Origin: Heteronotia binoei | Taxonomy: Eukaryota | Direction of reading: 5' to 3' | NCBI RefSeq assembly: GCF_032191835.1 | Contig: NC_083224.1 | Coordinates: 34,286,001-34,350,000 of the forward strand | DNA: 64,000 nt | In this document: positions 1-13,722 of the stretch, piece after piece | Position numbering within the stretch: position 1 is the first letter of the stretch | Layout of the letters: each line of letters opens with the position of its first letter | Program-made: the position numbers and the translations under genes | The notes under the pieces: model-generated | What the model saw: the letters and a program-made list of their open reading frames with translations, nothing else | Told to the model about the DNA's origin: nothing | The model's database searches: none

Positions 1-1549
1 ATGTAGAATTTGTTAAATTAACACAGGATTTCACGTGACATCAGAAATGGGCCACTCTTGATTCCGTTGTTTGATGATAAGTGCCTGGTATATACTTAAT
101 AATATCAATACAATGTTTAAAAGTTAAAAAAAGAGAAAAGAAATGGGCCACTTTTCAGTTATGTGCCATTTAAGAGGATATTTCTTCCGCATATTGATTC
201 ATTATGTTTTATGGCTATGCAGTCCCCAGACATTCATGGCAATAGCTTGCAGGGGGTTGAGATCAATTTGCAGTGAATGTGCCAAACAGCTTTCAGGCTT
301 GTCCATAGATCACCCTAGGCTAGGCGTGCCAGTTTCCCATATGTGGTCGCTTCGGCAGCACATATACTAAAATTGAGAAGGTTAGCATGCCCCCTGCACA
401 AGAATAACAATCAAACTGAATGTTTGTGGTGATTCCCATAACAAGACTGTCAGTTCTTTGGAGTCTGGTTTTGCCCCATTCCAAAAGTGATAATAGCTAT
501 TAAGATTGTAGGCTCTTTGGAGTCCAGTTTGGTCCCACTTCAAAACGATAGCAAGCAGGCTTACAGCTCCTGAACCTTTCTGAGAGTTCCTCCTCCTCCT
601 TCTGAGAATTCCGCCTCCTTGTCCATTGAATAGTATGTGCAGCTGCATAACAATCCCTGGATGAGCTCCATTACCTATTTTTCTACAAAATGACTTCTGA
701 TAGCAAGTAGCAAACAGGACTAAGTATTTTGGATTCAACCTATTTATCCTTGGACCTGAGGAAGATTTGAAACAATGTATTCGATAGACCTATCATAGTC
801 CATACTTTGTATTTGTATATTTGTAAACAATTACTGGCTATTACTGATTTGTCTTTTCTTGTGCCTGGAGCAATGTATTTTTGATTTGTAGTTTCCCACT
901 GCAGGCAAGAGTTCTCATTAATAAGTATTCCATTTTATCTATCCTGAATCTGTTTTCCGACATCTGCTTCTTTAACTGGAGATACCAAGGATTGAACCTG
1001 GGACCTTCTGCATGCAACATAGCTAGGTTTGCCAACACCAACTTGGGAAATATCTGGAGATTTGGTGGAGGTGGGGCCTGAGGAGGGAGGGACTTCAATA
1101 GGGTATAATGCCAGAGTCCACCTTCCAAAGCAGCCATTTTCTCCAGATGAACTGATCTCTGTCACTTGGAGATTAGTTGTAATCCCGGGAGATCTCCAAC
1201 CACCACCTGGAGGTTTTCCATGCCTAAATGTTGCAGCTCCCCTGCTGCACATGCAATACCTGCTACTTCCTGGCTGTCTCAGCACGTTGACTGATGTTGT
1301 GTATTCAATGGCATATTTAGTAAGTGGGTGTAGTAAGTGTGTCAGTCTACAAAAATAACAAAATCAGCCCAGTTAGTCAACCTAGTCAAATGATTCCTCT
1401 ATTTCTTCTTGACGTGGATGTATCAGTGGCTGCGTGCAAACATTACTTTCCCTAATTCTGCAGCCAAGAGCTCAAGCCTGCTGTAATGAAGTGAACTCAT
1501 TTCAATGTCTTTTGCTTTTCTTCAGTCATTGCCAGTGACTTAATTTAAA

Positions 1550-1830
1550 AAAGGTAAAAGTAGTCCCCTGTGCAAGCACCAGTCATTTCCAACTCTGAGG
1601 TGATGTAGCATCATGTTTTCATGGCAGACTTTTTACGGGATGGTTTGCCATTGCCTTCCCCAGTCATCTACACTTCCCCCTCAGGAAGCTGGGTACTCAC
1701 TTTACCTCAGAAGGATCGAAAGCTGAGTCAACCTTGAGCCAGCTACCTGAACTCAGCTTCCACCGGGATCGGTCATGAGCAGAGAGCTCGGACTGCAGTA
1801 CTGCAGCTTTACCACTCTGCACCATGGAAC
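1550..1830 (-). mobile_element. Sauria SINE (Squam1-type)
   Basis: aggtaaa.gtagtcccctgtgcaagcacc tail and gctgagtcaaccttgagcc core; second copy on + at ~46225-46515. Confidence 0.8.
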
Positions 1831-1980
1831 TCTTTATCTTTACACATAATACAGTACACAGATTGTATCCAGAGTTCCCACCAAAGTTGCTAGCCTCGAG
1901 GTGCTGCCTGGATATCTCCTGGTATTGCAACTAATCCCCAAATGACAAAGTTCGGTTCCCCTGGATAAAATGGCCACACG

Positions 1981-2162
1981 CAGGGCTTTTTTGTAGCAGG
2001 AACTTCTTTGCATATTGGGCCATGCCCCCCTGATGTAGCCAAGCTTCCAAGAGCTTACAGCAGGCCCTGTACTAAGATCCCTGTAAGCTCCTGGAGGATT
2101 GGCTACATCAGAGGGGTGTGGTCTAATATGCAAAGGAGTTCCTGCTACAAAAAAAAGCCCTG
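1981..2162. mobile_element. hAT MITE family A (cagggctttt...aaagccctg)
   Basis: Self-palindromic ~180 bp; same family as TSD-bearing copies elsewhere in the window. Confidence 0.85.
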
Positions 2163-3597
2163 GGCTACAGAATTATATACCAATGAGATCCTTTGTCTCC
2201 CCAAACTCTACCTCTCCCAGGCTTCAGCCCAGAATCTCCGGGTATTTTCCAACCTGGAGCTGGCAGCCCTGGTTCCCACCCTGTGTTCTGTGGCATGGCC
2301 CTATATGAGCTGGGGGTGGCTCTTCTCAATTCCCATGTGAGTCTTCTCTTCAGTGTCATTTTCCTGACCTGAAGATCCTGGGGAGGGTGTTCTAAGGCCC
2401 ACTGAGGAAACCCATGAGTGTACACATGTGTTTGGTATAGTTTGTACCCAAGCTGTATGTCCACAGAACATCCAGGTGTTGCAGTGACCTTTCATAGCTT
2501 TATGGTTACAGTGTGTTCCCACTGGTGAGCTCCCAATATGTGTAGTTGTAATGACTGAAAGGGGCTACAGTGAATGCAATATAAGAACAGTTCAGTGCAC
2601 ACAGAAAAAAAAGTTACAGTGGACACACGTACATATTTTCTTCTTTTCCTGATGCCTTCGACTTTTCCTAGCATTATTGCCTTTTTCTGATGAGTCTTGT
2701 CTTCTCAGACATTCAAATACATATGTGTTAATTGTAACATAAGAATTACTCAATGCACATACGAAGAAAAATCAAGTGTACACTGTACAAACAAGTCGCA
2801 TTCACAAGTCATGTACAGTCCATGTACAGTGTACACTTGATTTTTCTTTATATAGGTATTGAGACATTCTCATATTACATTCAATGCATGCACAGTTTAA
2901 TGTGTGATTGAAAGCATACATTTTCCCAGGTACTAGTCCCTGATTTCATTTGTAAAGTGAATACAAGTCAGCTCTTTCTTACAACCAGATTGTCCATGCA
3001 TACATGCATGGTGTCTGTGCATTCTCTATAACTTGGGGAAAGGGCCAGATCGTACATGTGTTCATTGTAATGTGGACAGAGCTACTGCTTTGTTGTTTTC
3101 GTCAGTCTTAATTAAAGGCGTTGCAATGATTTTGGATTTTAATTTGGACTACGGAGTTCAGACTATTTGCAGCCGTTGTCATTTTGCCGGTAATCATGGA
3201 GGACGTGCACAAGTGTGTTTCATGGATTTTGTGTTATTGCCAAGCCCACAGCTCTCCCTGTGTAAAGTCATTGCTCTCAGATCTTTCCCTTTTCTTGTTT
3301 TTACCCTTCAGTGAGTCCCTTGGCTCACATCTTCTTACAGCTGTTTTAAGAAATACCCTTAGAAATCCTTTTCTTGCTCTTGCTTCAGTTGCTTCTTTGG
3401 AAATCAAAGGCACGTCAATCTACCATAACCTGCTTTTATCTCTGGGTTTGGCTTTGCTTAAATAAGTGACAGGGTTTCATTTTGAAGCCCCAACCTGCCA
3501 TGGTCTGCATCTTGACTAATGAGTCAATGGGCAAATCTTTTGAACCATTGTTGTAGGACTCAAAACAGTAACGGTGTTCTTTTATCTTACAAGGCAT

Positions 3598-3768
3598 CAG
3601 GGGTGGAATTCTAGCAGGAGCTCCTTTGCATATTAGGCTACACACCCCTGATGTAGCCAATCCTCCAAGAGCTTACAAAAAAGAGCCTTGTAAACTCTTG
3701 GAGGATTGGCTACATCAGGGCTGTGTGGCCTAATATGCAAAGGAGCTCTTGCTAGAATTCCACCCTTG
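3598..3768. mobile_element. hAT MITE family A variant (caggggtggaattctagc TIR)
   Basis: 8-bp TSD caaggcat/caaggtat. Confidence 0.9.
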
Positions 3769-4634
3769 CAAGGTATGCACACTAAAGATGCACACAAGAT
3801 GTTACAAGTTAAATAGTGCTCTAGGCAGTTATTAGCAGCGTCTTCTTCTTTTTGTCCTGTAAAACTATGATTTGAGGTGGTTATCCCTGTGGGGCACAAG
3901 AAGGAAGCCCATGATCATGTGGAAGATCTTGATCACTTAGATCCGCATGCAAACTGCTAAGCCAAAGCTCATAGTTTATAAAGAGGATGATACATTCATT
4001 AGCCCTTTCCATGTTATGATTGTGCATACTGGGGTTGCTAACCTCCAGGTGGTGGCTGGAGATCTGCTGCTCTTACAACTGATCTCCAGGCGACATATAT
4101 CAGTTCACCTGAAGAAAATGGCTGCTTTGGAAGGTGGGCTCTGTGGCACTGTATGCCACTGGTGTCCCTTCACTCTCCAAACCCCACCTTCCTCGGGGTC
4201 TGCCCACAACGTCTCCAGGTATTTCCCAACCAGGAGCTGGCAACCCATACTGGGAGCCTGTGAACCACGTGCCTCAGGATGCACACTATCTGCAGTCCTT
4301 TAGATATGCATTGTGGTCATGTTTTTGAAAGATTTAGCATGCACATAGAGCCTCTGTAGAAAACCTGATTTTTTTTTTCAGAGTTCTGGTTTATATTGAA
4401 GCTGAAGACCCGCATGTTGTCCCTTTCAGGCAGCACAATGACAGCATGTTATAGGGAAGATCTGTTTATGGTTGCTGACCTCCAGGTACACATGGACTGT
4501 AGCATCTGAAAAGGCTACAGTGCACATTCAGGCCATGCAGTTGACAGTCCATTGAAAGATCCAAGCAGATAAGATTAATGGTGCTTCTTTCCTGTCGGGA
4601 GGGATAATGGCTGTTTTCTTGTTTGCACTTGTAG

Positions 4635-5206
4635 TGGATGCGAGAATGAACGGCAGCGTCCAGGATAATGTGGCTGTTTCTTCCCTGAAGACAATGGAGA
4701 TAAGCTCCATCTCTGAGGCCCCTGGAAATAATCTCGGGAAGGAAGCCAAGGTGGCCCCGCCAGCTGCCAAATCTCGTTTTGCCTTTTCGTTTTCACGGCC
4801 TGTACCAGGACGTACCGAAGAGCTGGCGACAAACGCATCAGTCGCATCAGCTCCACTGGATGTCAGTTCAGAAGCAGCCCCAGTGAACAAAGCAACAAGT
4901 GAGACTGTGGATCTCCCCGCTGCAGCTGTGCCAGAGGAAGCTTCAGATAAAACCCTAAGCGAAGCGTCTCTCACTGAAATTGAACTCTCTGAACCAGTTC
5001 CATCCGCAGCGGAGGATGCGGCTTCATCCAAGCCCAAAGAATTAACCTTTTTTGACAGACTCTTCAAATTGGAAAAGGGGAAAGACAAGACCCAGACGCA
5101 AGCCCAGAGCCAAGGACAGGTGAAGGCAGAAAATCCTGTTGAGTCCATCGCAGTAGAAGAAACTTCAGGATTACAAAGTGCACCAGAGAATGCCCTGCCA
5201 GGAAAG
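4635..5206 (+). CDS. BCAS1: BCAS1 large internal coding exon (572 nt, phase 1 to 0)
   Basis: Acceptor ttcttgtttgcacttgtag|TG. Translation includes DNVAVSS..NLGKEAK..PAAKSRF..SRPVPGRT and SKPKELTFFDRLFKLEKG, matching mammalian BCAS1 as recalled (DNVATSS..NLGKEAK..PAAKSRFF..SRPVPGRT, SKPKDSSFFDKFFKLDKG). Donor is AAG|GCAAGT (GC). Confidence 0.95.
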
Positions 5207-5663
5207 GCAAGTATTTAAACAAAAATACCCGGTTTCTTTCTTTATTAAACCTTTAAAAATAATTCACAGGGCAAGATAGCACTGTATTATACTGGTAAGC
5301 ATGATGGAGAGATTAAGGCTGCAGCTGAAACGTTAATGGTGTTCAGCATACAATGCCAATTTGAGGCCTGCAAGTCAAATACAGCACGCAAAGCAATATT
5401 ACCTGCCCTATAGTATTTTTTTATTTAGTGGGTCTTTCAAATCTGACTCTTCCTCCAAGGAGCTGAGGGCAGTGCACAGTGATCTCCTGTCCTCCATTTT
5501 ATCCTCACAACAACCCTGTGATGTTGGTAAGATGGAAAGAGAAAGACCGGCTCAAGTCTCTTAGCTAAACTTGGGTCTCCCACGTCCTGATTATATACAC
5601 TGTAACCACTACCCACCACTACCTTACCAAACTTTAACCTATGTGTTTAAAAAGTGTTGTTCA

Positions 5664-5844
5664 CAGGGCTTTTTTGTAGCAGGAACTCCTTTGCATATTA
5701 GGCCACACACCCCTGATGTAGCCAATCCTCCTGGAGTTCACAGGGCTCTTCTTACAGGGCCTGCTGTAAACTCTTGGAGGATTGGATACATCAGGGGTGT
5801 GTGGTCTAACATGCAATGGAGTTCCTGCCACAAAAAAAGCCCTG
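5664..5844. mobile_element. hAT MITE family A
   Basis: Perfect 8-bp TSD gttgttca. Confidence 0.92.
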
Positions 5845-6510
5845 GTTGTTCACAATTTGCCATAAGGAAGAACGAATTATTTTCAAAAGTCGCAAGTGAA
5901 GGGGATGTTCCATTAATGCGATGTGGGATAGGTCACGGAAAGAATTCTGCCCCATTACCTCGCTCTGCAGAACAGAAGAAGTTCTAATACTTGGCTGTAA
6001 TGTATATGCCACTCTTTTGTCGAAGGAGGAGGTCTACCTAGCCCAAAAGAAAAAAGTTTCCAGAACCGTGCCTCCTTCTTCGCTTGGACTCTTAATCCTA
6101 GTTCCTGCCACAGTAATTTAGAGGGGGCCATCTTCTTCTGTCTCAGAAGCTTTTTATAGGCTGACCTTAATGAAATAAGATGGTTTAGAGGTGTTCCTAT
6201 CTTATAGAGCCGGAAGATCTGTTGGGTGTAACATACATTACTAACTCTTTCCTTTGCTAAATTATTCACCCATCTAAATTCAACAGGTGTCTTACCTTCA
6301 GGGTGGAAACTATTATAGTTCCAGTGCTCAAAAAAAAGGAGTAAAGCAGACCCTAAGCTTTCTTGACATAACTGCCAAAGTGTACAATAAACTATCTACT
6401 ACTACATTAATGTGATGTTGAGCTTTAAATTTGGTATGCAAGGTTCATTTCAGGTGCTCCAAAACCACAGAACAGTTTCTGCTAGCTGTCGCTATCTTTA
6501 TTATATAGAG

Positions 6511-6842
6511 CAGGGGTGGCCAAACTGAGGCTTGGAAGCCACATGTGGCTCTTTCACACGTATTGTGTGGCTCTTGAAGCCCCCACCATGCCGTCAGCTG
6601 ACCTGGAAAAGGCATGTTTCTCTTTAAATCACTTCTTCAAGCCAAGCCAGCTGACTTGCTAAAGTTGCTTTCTTTCTACCTCCACCTCCCTCCCTCATCT
6701 ATTTGCCTTCCTTCCTACCTGCCTGCCTTCCTTCCTTCCTGTGTTGCAGTTCTCAAACATCTGACATTCATGTCCTGTGGCTCTCAAACATCTGACATTT
6801 ATTCTATTTGGCTCCTATGTTAAGCAAGTTTGGCCATCCCTG
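6511..6842. mobile_element. hAT MITE (caggggtggccaaact TIR)
   Basis: TIRs present; the second copy at 45266-45660 has TSD ctctaagc/ctctaacc. Confidence 0.82.
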
Positions 6843-9800
6843 GTCTAAAGGGTGCAACCGTAATTCTCAGTCCAGTGTCTTTGAGTTGCTAATTAGTACT
6901 TGACTGGTTCAACCAGTAAAACTGGCAGCTACTGGCAGGTAACCAATATTGTGGTGTAAAAAAACCAATCAACTCAACAATTCTGTCTGGCTTTCTCTTG
7001 TCTGACTTCACCAACATGACCCAACAGATTCCACCCATAACCTGTCTATTAGGTCTGGTAATGACTTTGCCTCGGCCAACACTATTCTTTAGCTCCTTCT
7101 CCAAACCAGTATTTTCAGATTAAAATGTAGCAACCCTATCTATGCCTCATTGTTAGAAGGTTCAAGGACTAACCTCACAGACCAGTTGTCTGAGTCAGTC
7201 TAGCACACAGTGATACCTTCCTTGGCTTTCTGCTTCTAATGTGCTAGGTGCTATTAACAAAGCTATTGCTTGATTAAAGAAATGTTAACCACTTCATTGG
7301 ATAAGATGGAACTGTATAAATCTGTGCCAGTTTGCCTTATGTGAACAAAGCTCTAGTACTCAGGGGAAGAAGGAGGCATCCTTTATTTCAGATGTGGTAC
7401 GCTGGTCATATAAGGTTGCCAGCCTCCAGCTACAATTAACCTCCAGACTACAGTGAGCAGTTCCTCTGGAGAAAATGGCTGCTTTGGACACTGTTGAGCT
7501 CCCTCCTTTCCCCAAACCCTGTCCTTCCCAGGCTCCACTCCAAAAATGTCCAACCTGAAGCTGGCAACCGTATGGGCATGACAGGTTTTTCCTCAGAAGA
7601 GGCATTCCCTCCTGTCTGCAGGAATGCCTCTTCTGACTGAGAAGATGCTTGGAGTAGTAAGCATTTAAAATGCTTTTTTAAAAGGTCTGCTGAAAATGTG
7701 ACTGAGAACTGCTTTCCAATCAAAAGATTTCAAATTGAACAATCTGATTATTAGCCTAATTGTAGTAGCCCCTAAAATGTAAGTGCTGTTTATCTCAGCT
7801 ACAGCTCTTCCTCTTTTTCATGGCTCTAAGAAAAGGTCCTTCCAAGTCCTCTGGTTATCAGAAACCTGTATGAGTTCCATTTCCCAAAAACCACAGCTCC
7901 ATGCCACCTTGGGGTCCCCCTGTGGATGCATTTTTAAGGATCAAATAACTTATCTGGAATTCCAATCAAGGCACTCCAATGTCACAAGGTAGTTTGATTC
8001 TGAATCGTGCCTTGTCTGTTTTTTTTTAACTTGTCATAATTCCTTACCCAGTGAGGTTGTTTTTATTCTGAAAAATAAATGTGCTGATTTAGATTAAATG
8101 ACGCAAGGGTAAGGCAGTTAGTTTCCTATAAAACTGGTTTCTTTCCCTGACCAATGGCAGACAGCCTAATTTCTGATTATATGGGTGATATCTTTAGACT
8201 GGGAGGCTAAATATTTGATATAATCATAATTCTCCAGATCTTGACTCCAGGCATTTTTAGAAAGCTGTGACAGATAGCTTCTGTGGGAGCTGAATCACAT
8301 CAAAGCTTCCCCCCCGCCCCTCACCATGTCACAATTCCAACAAACAACAAGTAATGCTGAGAGAGAGAAAGAGAGACGCCTCCATTTTCAGTTTTGGTCC
8401 AGAAACAACACAGGCAATTCTGTGTTTGATGAACCACGGCCTTATTTTCAAGTCCCACAAAACTACATTCAGGAAGCTGCATAATTAAAACAAGGGCCGA
8501 ATTCATGAATTGATGAAGCATTTACTATTCAAGCCAAGGTAAATGATGTGCCTGAAACATTTCACTGACTGAGTTGTGCTTCCCCATGAACAAAGAAGTC
8601 TTGGCAGGAATACGTTTTTGCATATGAGCCCCTCCCCCACCTATACGCTTCAAAATGGCAGGACTGTATTACTGACCCCTATGGATTTTAGAAGCAGTTT
8701 CCTCATGGAGTTGTAGTCAACAGGCATGGAATACTGAACTTGCAGGGCTGACATTTCTTCTTGTATTGTTATAGGTTTCTTCTACTATTTTTCTTTTTGC
8801 AAAGGTATCATTAGACAACAAATTACGATTTCTTCAATTTATTTAGATATTTTTACACTACTTTTCTCCCAAATGGGGACCTGAAGCAGTTTACAACTTC
8901 ATTCTCCTATCCTCCATTTTATCCTCATAACAACTACCAAGTGAGGTAGGTTAGGCCGAGATAGGGATGCCACTTCTCCCAGTATGGTAAGAGATCTAAC
9001 AATCTTCCCTGTTGCAGGCCAGTACCTCAAAGCCTACCAGGGAAGAAAATGGACTGGGTATGCCAGTGCATGATGTCACTTCCAGCAATGGCAGACCTCT
9101 GAAATGTCTCTTGCCTTATAAACAAGTCTAGCTCGCCACCTAGTAATGCATAATGTTAAAATAGAACTTCTGGCTGTCAGACAGTCTTAATCTCCTGGCT
9201 CTACTACACACAATGCTCTATGATGATTATTAATTAATAGTTTAGCTGCCTCAGAACAATGTCTTATTTCCAGTATACTGTCTCTTCGCCACACTTCATC
9301 AGTATTTTAAGAACATTTGCAAACACTCTTTTTGTGTTCTCCATATCTGAGATATTGCAGCAACAGCAGAGGTACTTTCCTATTGGTTTTTACCCCATGT
9401 CCTTGATAGAGCTCAGGGCAATATACATGGTTCTCCCTCCTCCCCATTTTTGTCCTCATAACAACCCTGTGAGGTGGGATAGATTGAGGATGAATGACTG
9501 CTTCAGAAGTCACCTCTACTCTATGACAGAATAGGATTTGAACCTGGGTTTCCCATATGTTTGTCTAACACACTAGCTACTATACTACACTGGCCACAGG
9601 CAGATGAAGGAGTCAGGTGTCCCAGGAGACCTGTGCCGCAATCCCACTGCCAAGACACGGTCAATGAATGTCATTTCAGAAGTGAAATAATGATGTTCCT
9701 TTCATGAGTCATGATGGGATTGTGCTTGTTTGTAATAAGGAAACCAGCCTCCAGGTAGGACCTGGGGATCCCCTGGAATTACAGCTCATCTCCAGACTGC

Positions 9801-12299
9801 AGAGATCAGTTTCCCTGGAGAAAATTGGTGCTTTGGAGGGTGGACTCTATTGCACTGTAACCCACTGTGGTCTGACCTCTCCAGGCTCCATCCCCAAATC
9901 TTCAGGTGTTTCCCAACCAGAATCTGGCAATCCTAGCTCCTGTCCCTCACCCATGGTCATGGGGGACCTGGCAACTCTAGTTTGTAGCCTTGTGTTATAA
10001 GTTTGTACCAGGCCTGGAGCAATTATGTTTTCTGGACATAGGAGATTTTATTCAGTCAGTTTCCTTTGAGAAAGAAGAAGAGAAGAGTAGACTTTTAGAC
10101 CCCATTTTTCTCTTACTTATTTATTTAAATTTATATTCCACCCTCCCTGGAAGTGGGCTCTTCCTTCAGGAGTTTCAAAGTGGCTCATAATTCCCTTCCC
10201 TCCCCACAACAAACACCTTGTAGAAGGGGCTGATAGAGTTCTGAGTGTGACCCAAGGTCACCCAGCAGGCTTCATTTGGAGGAGGAGTGGGGAATCAAGC
10301 CTGGCTCTACAGATTAGAGTTCACCACTTGTAACCACTACACCACACTGGCCCTCATCTGCCTGTTGCTAGAGATGATAGGTTTACTAGGCTATTGAGGA
10401 CTAGGGCACATTTAGGGAAGGACTTAATGCTATCACATTCCAAGCCATATTTTGCTCTCAAGAACTTCAGTTGTTCTTTTTTGTCATTACTCCTCTTGCT
10501 GATGTCAGTTTACAAGCACGCTGTTATAATGTTAATTTTGCTTAACCGTATACTATTTGATTTTCCTCCTGTCTCTTCAAAACAATAATTTTACTGCTTT
10601 ATTTATACCTCTAATGTTTTTGTTACAAATGTGACATGGAAAAGACTATAATTCTTGCACCCCTCCCAGAAAGTATTTCCTGTGCTTATTGGCAGCTACT
10701 TTTAACCGTTGCATGAAATTTCTTTTTAAAAACATTTTTAAGCTCATTGAGACACTCAAAACCATTGTCCTGCATAACTTTTGGGCATGCACTAGCCAAA
10801 TGTTAGGTGGTAGGAGGGATTATTTGGAGGTGGGGGAAGGCTGTCAACTTCAGCTGATGCCTTTAACTCTCCGGATGACAGCCTGAAAATGATCTTTTCA
10901 TTCTTCCATGATCTTTTCATGAAGCTAAGGAGGACTTTTGTTATCCAGCCTTCCATGCATGCAAGATTTCACACACATTGCTATCCCCAGCCCACTGCAA
11001 TCCCACTCAAATGTTTGCTCTCTTAATAATATGTAAACCATTCTCCATATAAATTCCTTGTAAGAAGGGAGTGGAGGGGGAGAGAAGGGAAGCCAAAGCC
11101 AGGAGCAGGCTCAACAATGCACCCAAAAGAATCTTGGCAAATTACAAAAAGATTTCTGCACATTGCCCTAGACAGGAAAGCCTTATAATTCTTATTAAGG
11201 ATCTACAAATATATCCAGCTCAGAGAAATCCACTGGCAGAATTTCTAGAATCAGCATCATAGCAGTTAAAGTGTTAGACTGGAATCTGGGAGACTCAAAT
11301 TTGAAACCCCCACTCTGCTAAGAAACCCTGCTAGGTGGTAATTTTGTTTTTATTAATTTACTTACTTTGGCTTTATATCCCACTCTCTTTGCAAACGGAC
11401 TCAGGGCATAACCTGGGGCTAGTCACTCTCTTTTTCAGCATAACCTTACAGGGTTGTTATGAGGAGAAAATAGAGGAGGGAAAGTTTTATAAGTGCTGTT
11501 GGCAGCCCCGGTTTGTATTGGAGCCACGTGGAGAAGGGAAGGGAAGTTTAACCCTTATCCACTCATTTTCGCCAGTTGAAACTGAGCTCTCCAATTTATT
11601 AGCATCTTAAAGGAGAAAATATGTGTTTTGAAGGGCTTTATCCTCTTCAAAATGTTCAGAGTAGCAAGGAGGGCTTCCATTAAAAAGACCAAGAAGAGAT
11701 GGAAGGGTTAATCTCTTCTCCCTTCCCTGCATTGCTCTGATGCTATATTGGGTCTGCAGAGTACACATTGCAGGTGGATGAGATGAAGTGTGATCTTCAT
11801 CTCATGATATTAGAGATGTCCAGCTGGAGAGGACCAGTGGTATATCTAGTTCATCATCCTCTTTCATGCAGTAGCCAACCAACCACCATGAAGGGGTAAC
11901 AAATAAAATATAGAGGCCAAGGCCACCCCCTGATGCTGCCTCCTGTGACTGGGTTCAAAGGTTTCCTGCCTCTGACTATGGAGGTTCCTTTTAGTAACTA
12001 GCTCTGGCAACTACAGTTGGACCTACCTGTCCTCCAGGTATCCCTGTTAATTCTCTGCTAAAGCCACCTAGGCTGCCAGCCATCACTATACCCACTAGTA
12101 GTGAATTCCACAATATAGTTACTCATTGAGTAAAGAAGTACTTCCTGTTGTGCTAATTGCAGCTTTGTGAAATGTGTGATTTGCATGGGGAACAGAAAAT
12201 GAAACACTTCCTCTCTCTGCACCATTTGCTTGGTTTTTAATCAGCCGTATGAATTTATATGCATGTTCCAAATTATGGTGACCCTATGATTTAATGACC

Positions 12300-12480
12300 T
12301 TCAAAACATCCTATCATTAACAGCCTTGCTCAGATCTTGCAAACAGAGAGTCGTGGTTTCCTTTATCATATCAATCCACTTCATCTTGGGCCTTCTTCTT
12401 TTTCTACTGCCTTCAACTTTTCCTGGCGTTATTTTCTTTTGTGGTGAGTCCTGTCTTCTCATGATGTGGCCAAAGTACAA
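12300..12480 (-). mobile_element. RTE/Bov-B LINE ORF 3' fragment
   Basis: Minus translation YFGHIMRRQDS..GKVEGSRKRRRPKMKWID; similar fragment at ~2640-2707 (MLGKVEGIRKRRK). Confidence 0.85.
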
Positions 12481-13193
12481 TTGCCTAATTTGTGATGTTA
12501 CTAGTTATCAAAACAGAAATCCAGTGGCACTTCAAAAACAAACAGCATTTATCCAGCATGAGCGTTCGGCCTCTTGGTATTTTGGTGGCGTCAAAAGTGC
12601 CCTGGTTGTCAGGCAAAACCCTTTCCAACCAGTTTGGTGTTTGATTCCTTGTTTAGGGTTAAATATTTGGTGTCATGCTAAGAAACAGAAGTTATCACAG
12701 TAAACATGTGCTAGAATATTTTTGAGACCCATAAATCGTGTCTGTTATGTTCTACCTATCCTATTTTGCAGTGATAGCTATTGGGGGGGGGGGATTTCAT
12801 GCCCCTGGTCAATTGTTCTTCATACATTGTCTTTGGGAGAGATTTTTTAGTTTAAACACATCAACATGCTTTAGAATTTCTGGCCTATAGTCATATTCTG
12901 AACACTTATAGGAACAAGTTTTCTTAAGAAGAGCAGCACTTTCCTCTGAAATCCACACATATAGCAGACCACCATTCTGTTGTTCCCCAGGTGCTACTGA
13001 CACTCAGAAACAAAATGTTAGAGGGCTGAAACAGGAAGTATCAGAATCAGTGGAAATTGCCATCAGAGAACTTCAGGGCACTTTGATTTTCTTAACTGCA
13101 TAATTAGGTACAGCCGTCTCTCTCAGAATTTGTAACCCACTCCCCTAATTAAGTCTTTCCCTAAGAGAAAGACATATCTTGACTTGATTTTTC

Positions 13194-13393
13194 CAGGGCT
13201 TTTTACGTAGAAAAAGCCCAGCAGGAACTAATTTCCATATTAGGCCACACCCCCTGACATCACCATTGTTTCCCATAGGGTTTTTTAATAGGGAAAACCC
13301 AGCAGGAACTTATTAGCATATTAGGCCACATACCCTGATCCCAAGCGAGCCAGAACTGCATTCCTGTGCGTTCCTGCTCACAAAAAAGCCCTG
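13194..13393. mobile_element. hAT MITE family B (gtagaaaaagcccagcaggaactc)
   Basis: Perfect 8-bp TSD gatttttc. Confidence 0.92.
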
Positions 13394-13552
13394 GATTTTT
13401 CATGCCTGAAAATACATCTTTATGAACATTATAAAGGAATATGTAACGGGCAATGTGGCTGCCATTTCCTTGTCCATATTTGCATCTGGTGAACTTAATG
13501 TTGAAAGACTAAGTCCTGACCTGCAGAACCCAGGCTAGCCAACTCTCATTAG

Positions 13553-13722
13553 CAGGGGTTGTTTTGTAGAAAAATAGGTGGTGGAGCTCATCCAGGAATT
13601 GTTATGTAGCTGCACATACTATTCAATGGACAAGGAGGTGGAACTCTCAGAAGGAGAAGGTAGAACTCTCAGAAAGGTTCAGGAGCTGTGCTCCTGTGAG
13701 CTCCCACTGAATCTGAGGCCAG
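13553..13722. mobile_element. hAT MITE (caggggtcattttgtagaaaaa family) inserted in a 5S-derived SINE
   Basis: Perfect 8-bp TSD ctcattag. Related copies at ~560-695, ~57175-57322 and ~58950-59103. Confidence 0.88.

Noticed and set aside
1-4634. Search for the upstream BCAS1 start exons
   Set aside because: No open segment ending in phase 1 with MGNQ- or NGVPV-like sequence was found; these exons are presumably upstream of the window.
4528-5148. 206-aa minus-strand ORF
   Set aside because: Antisense shadow of the stop-poor BCAS1 exon; no independent homology or splice signals.
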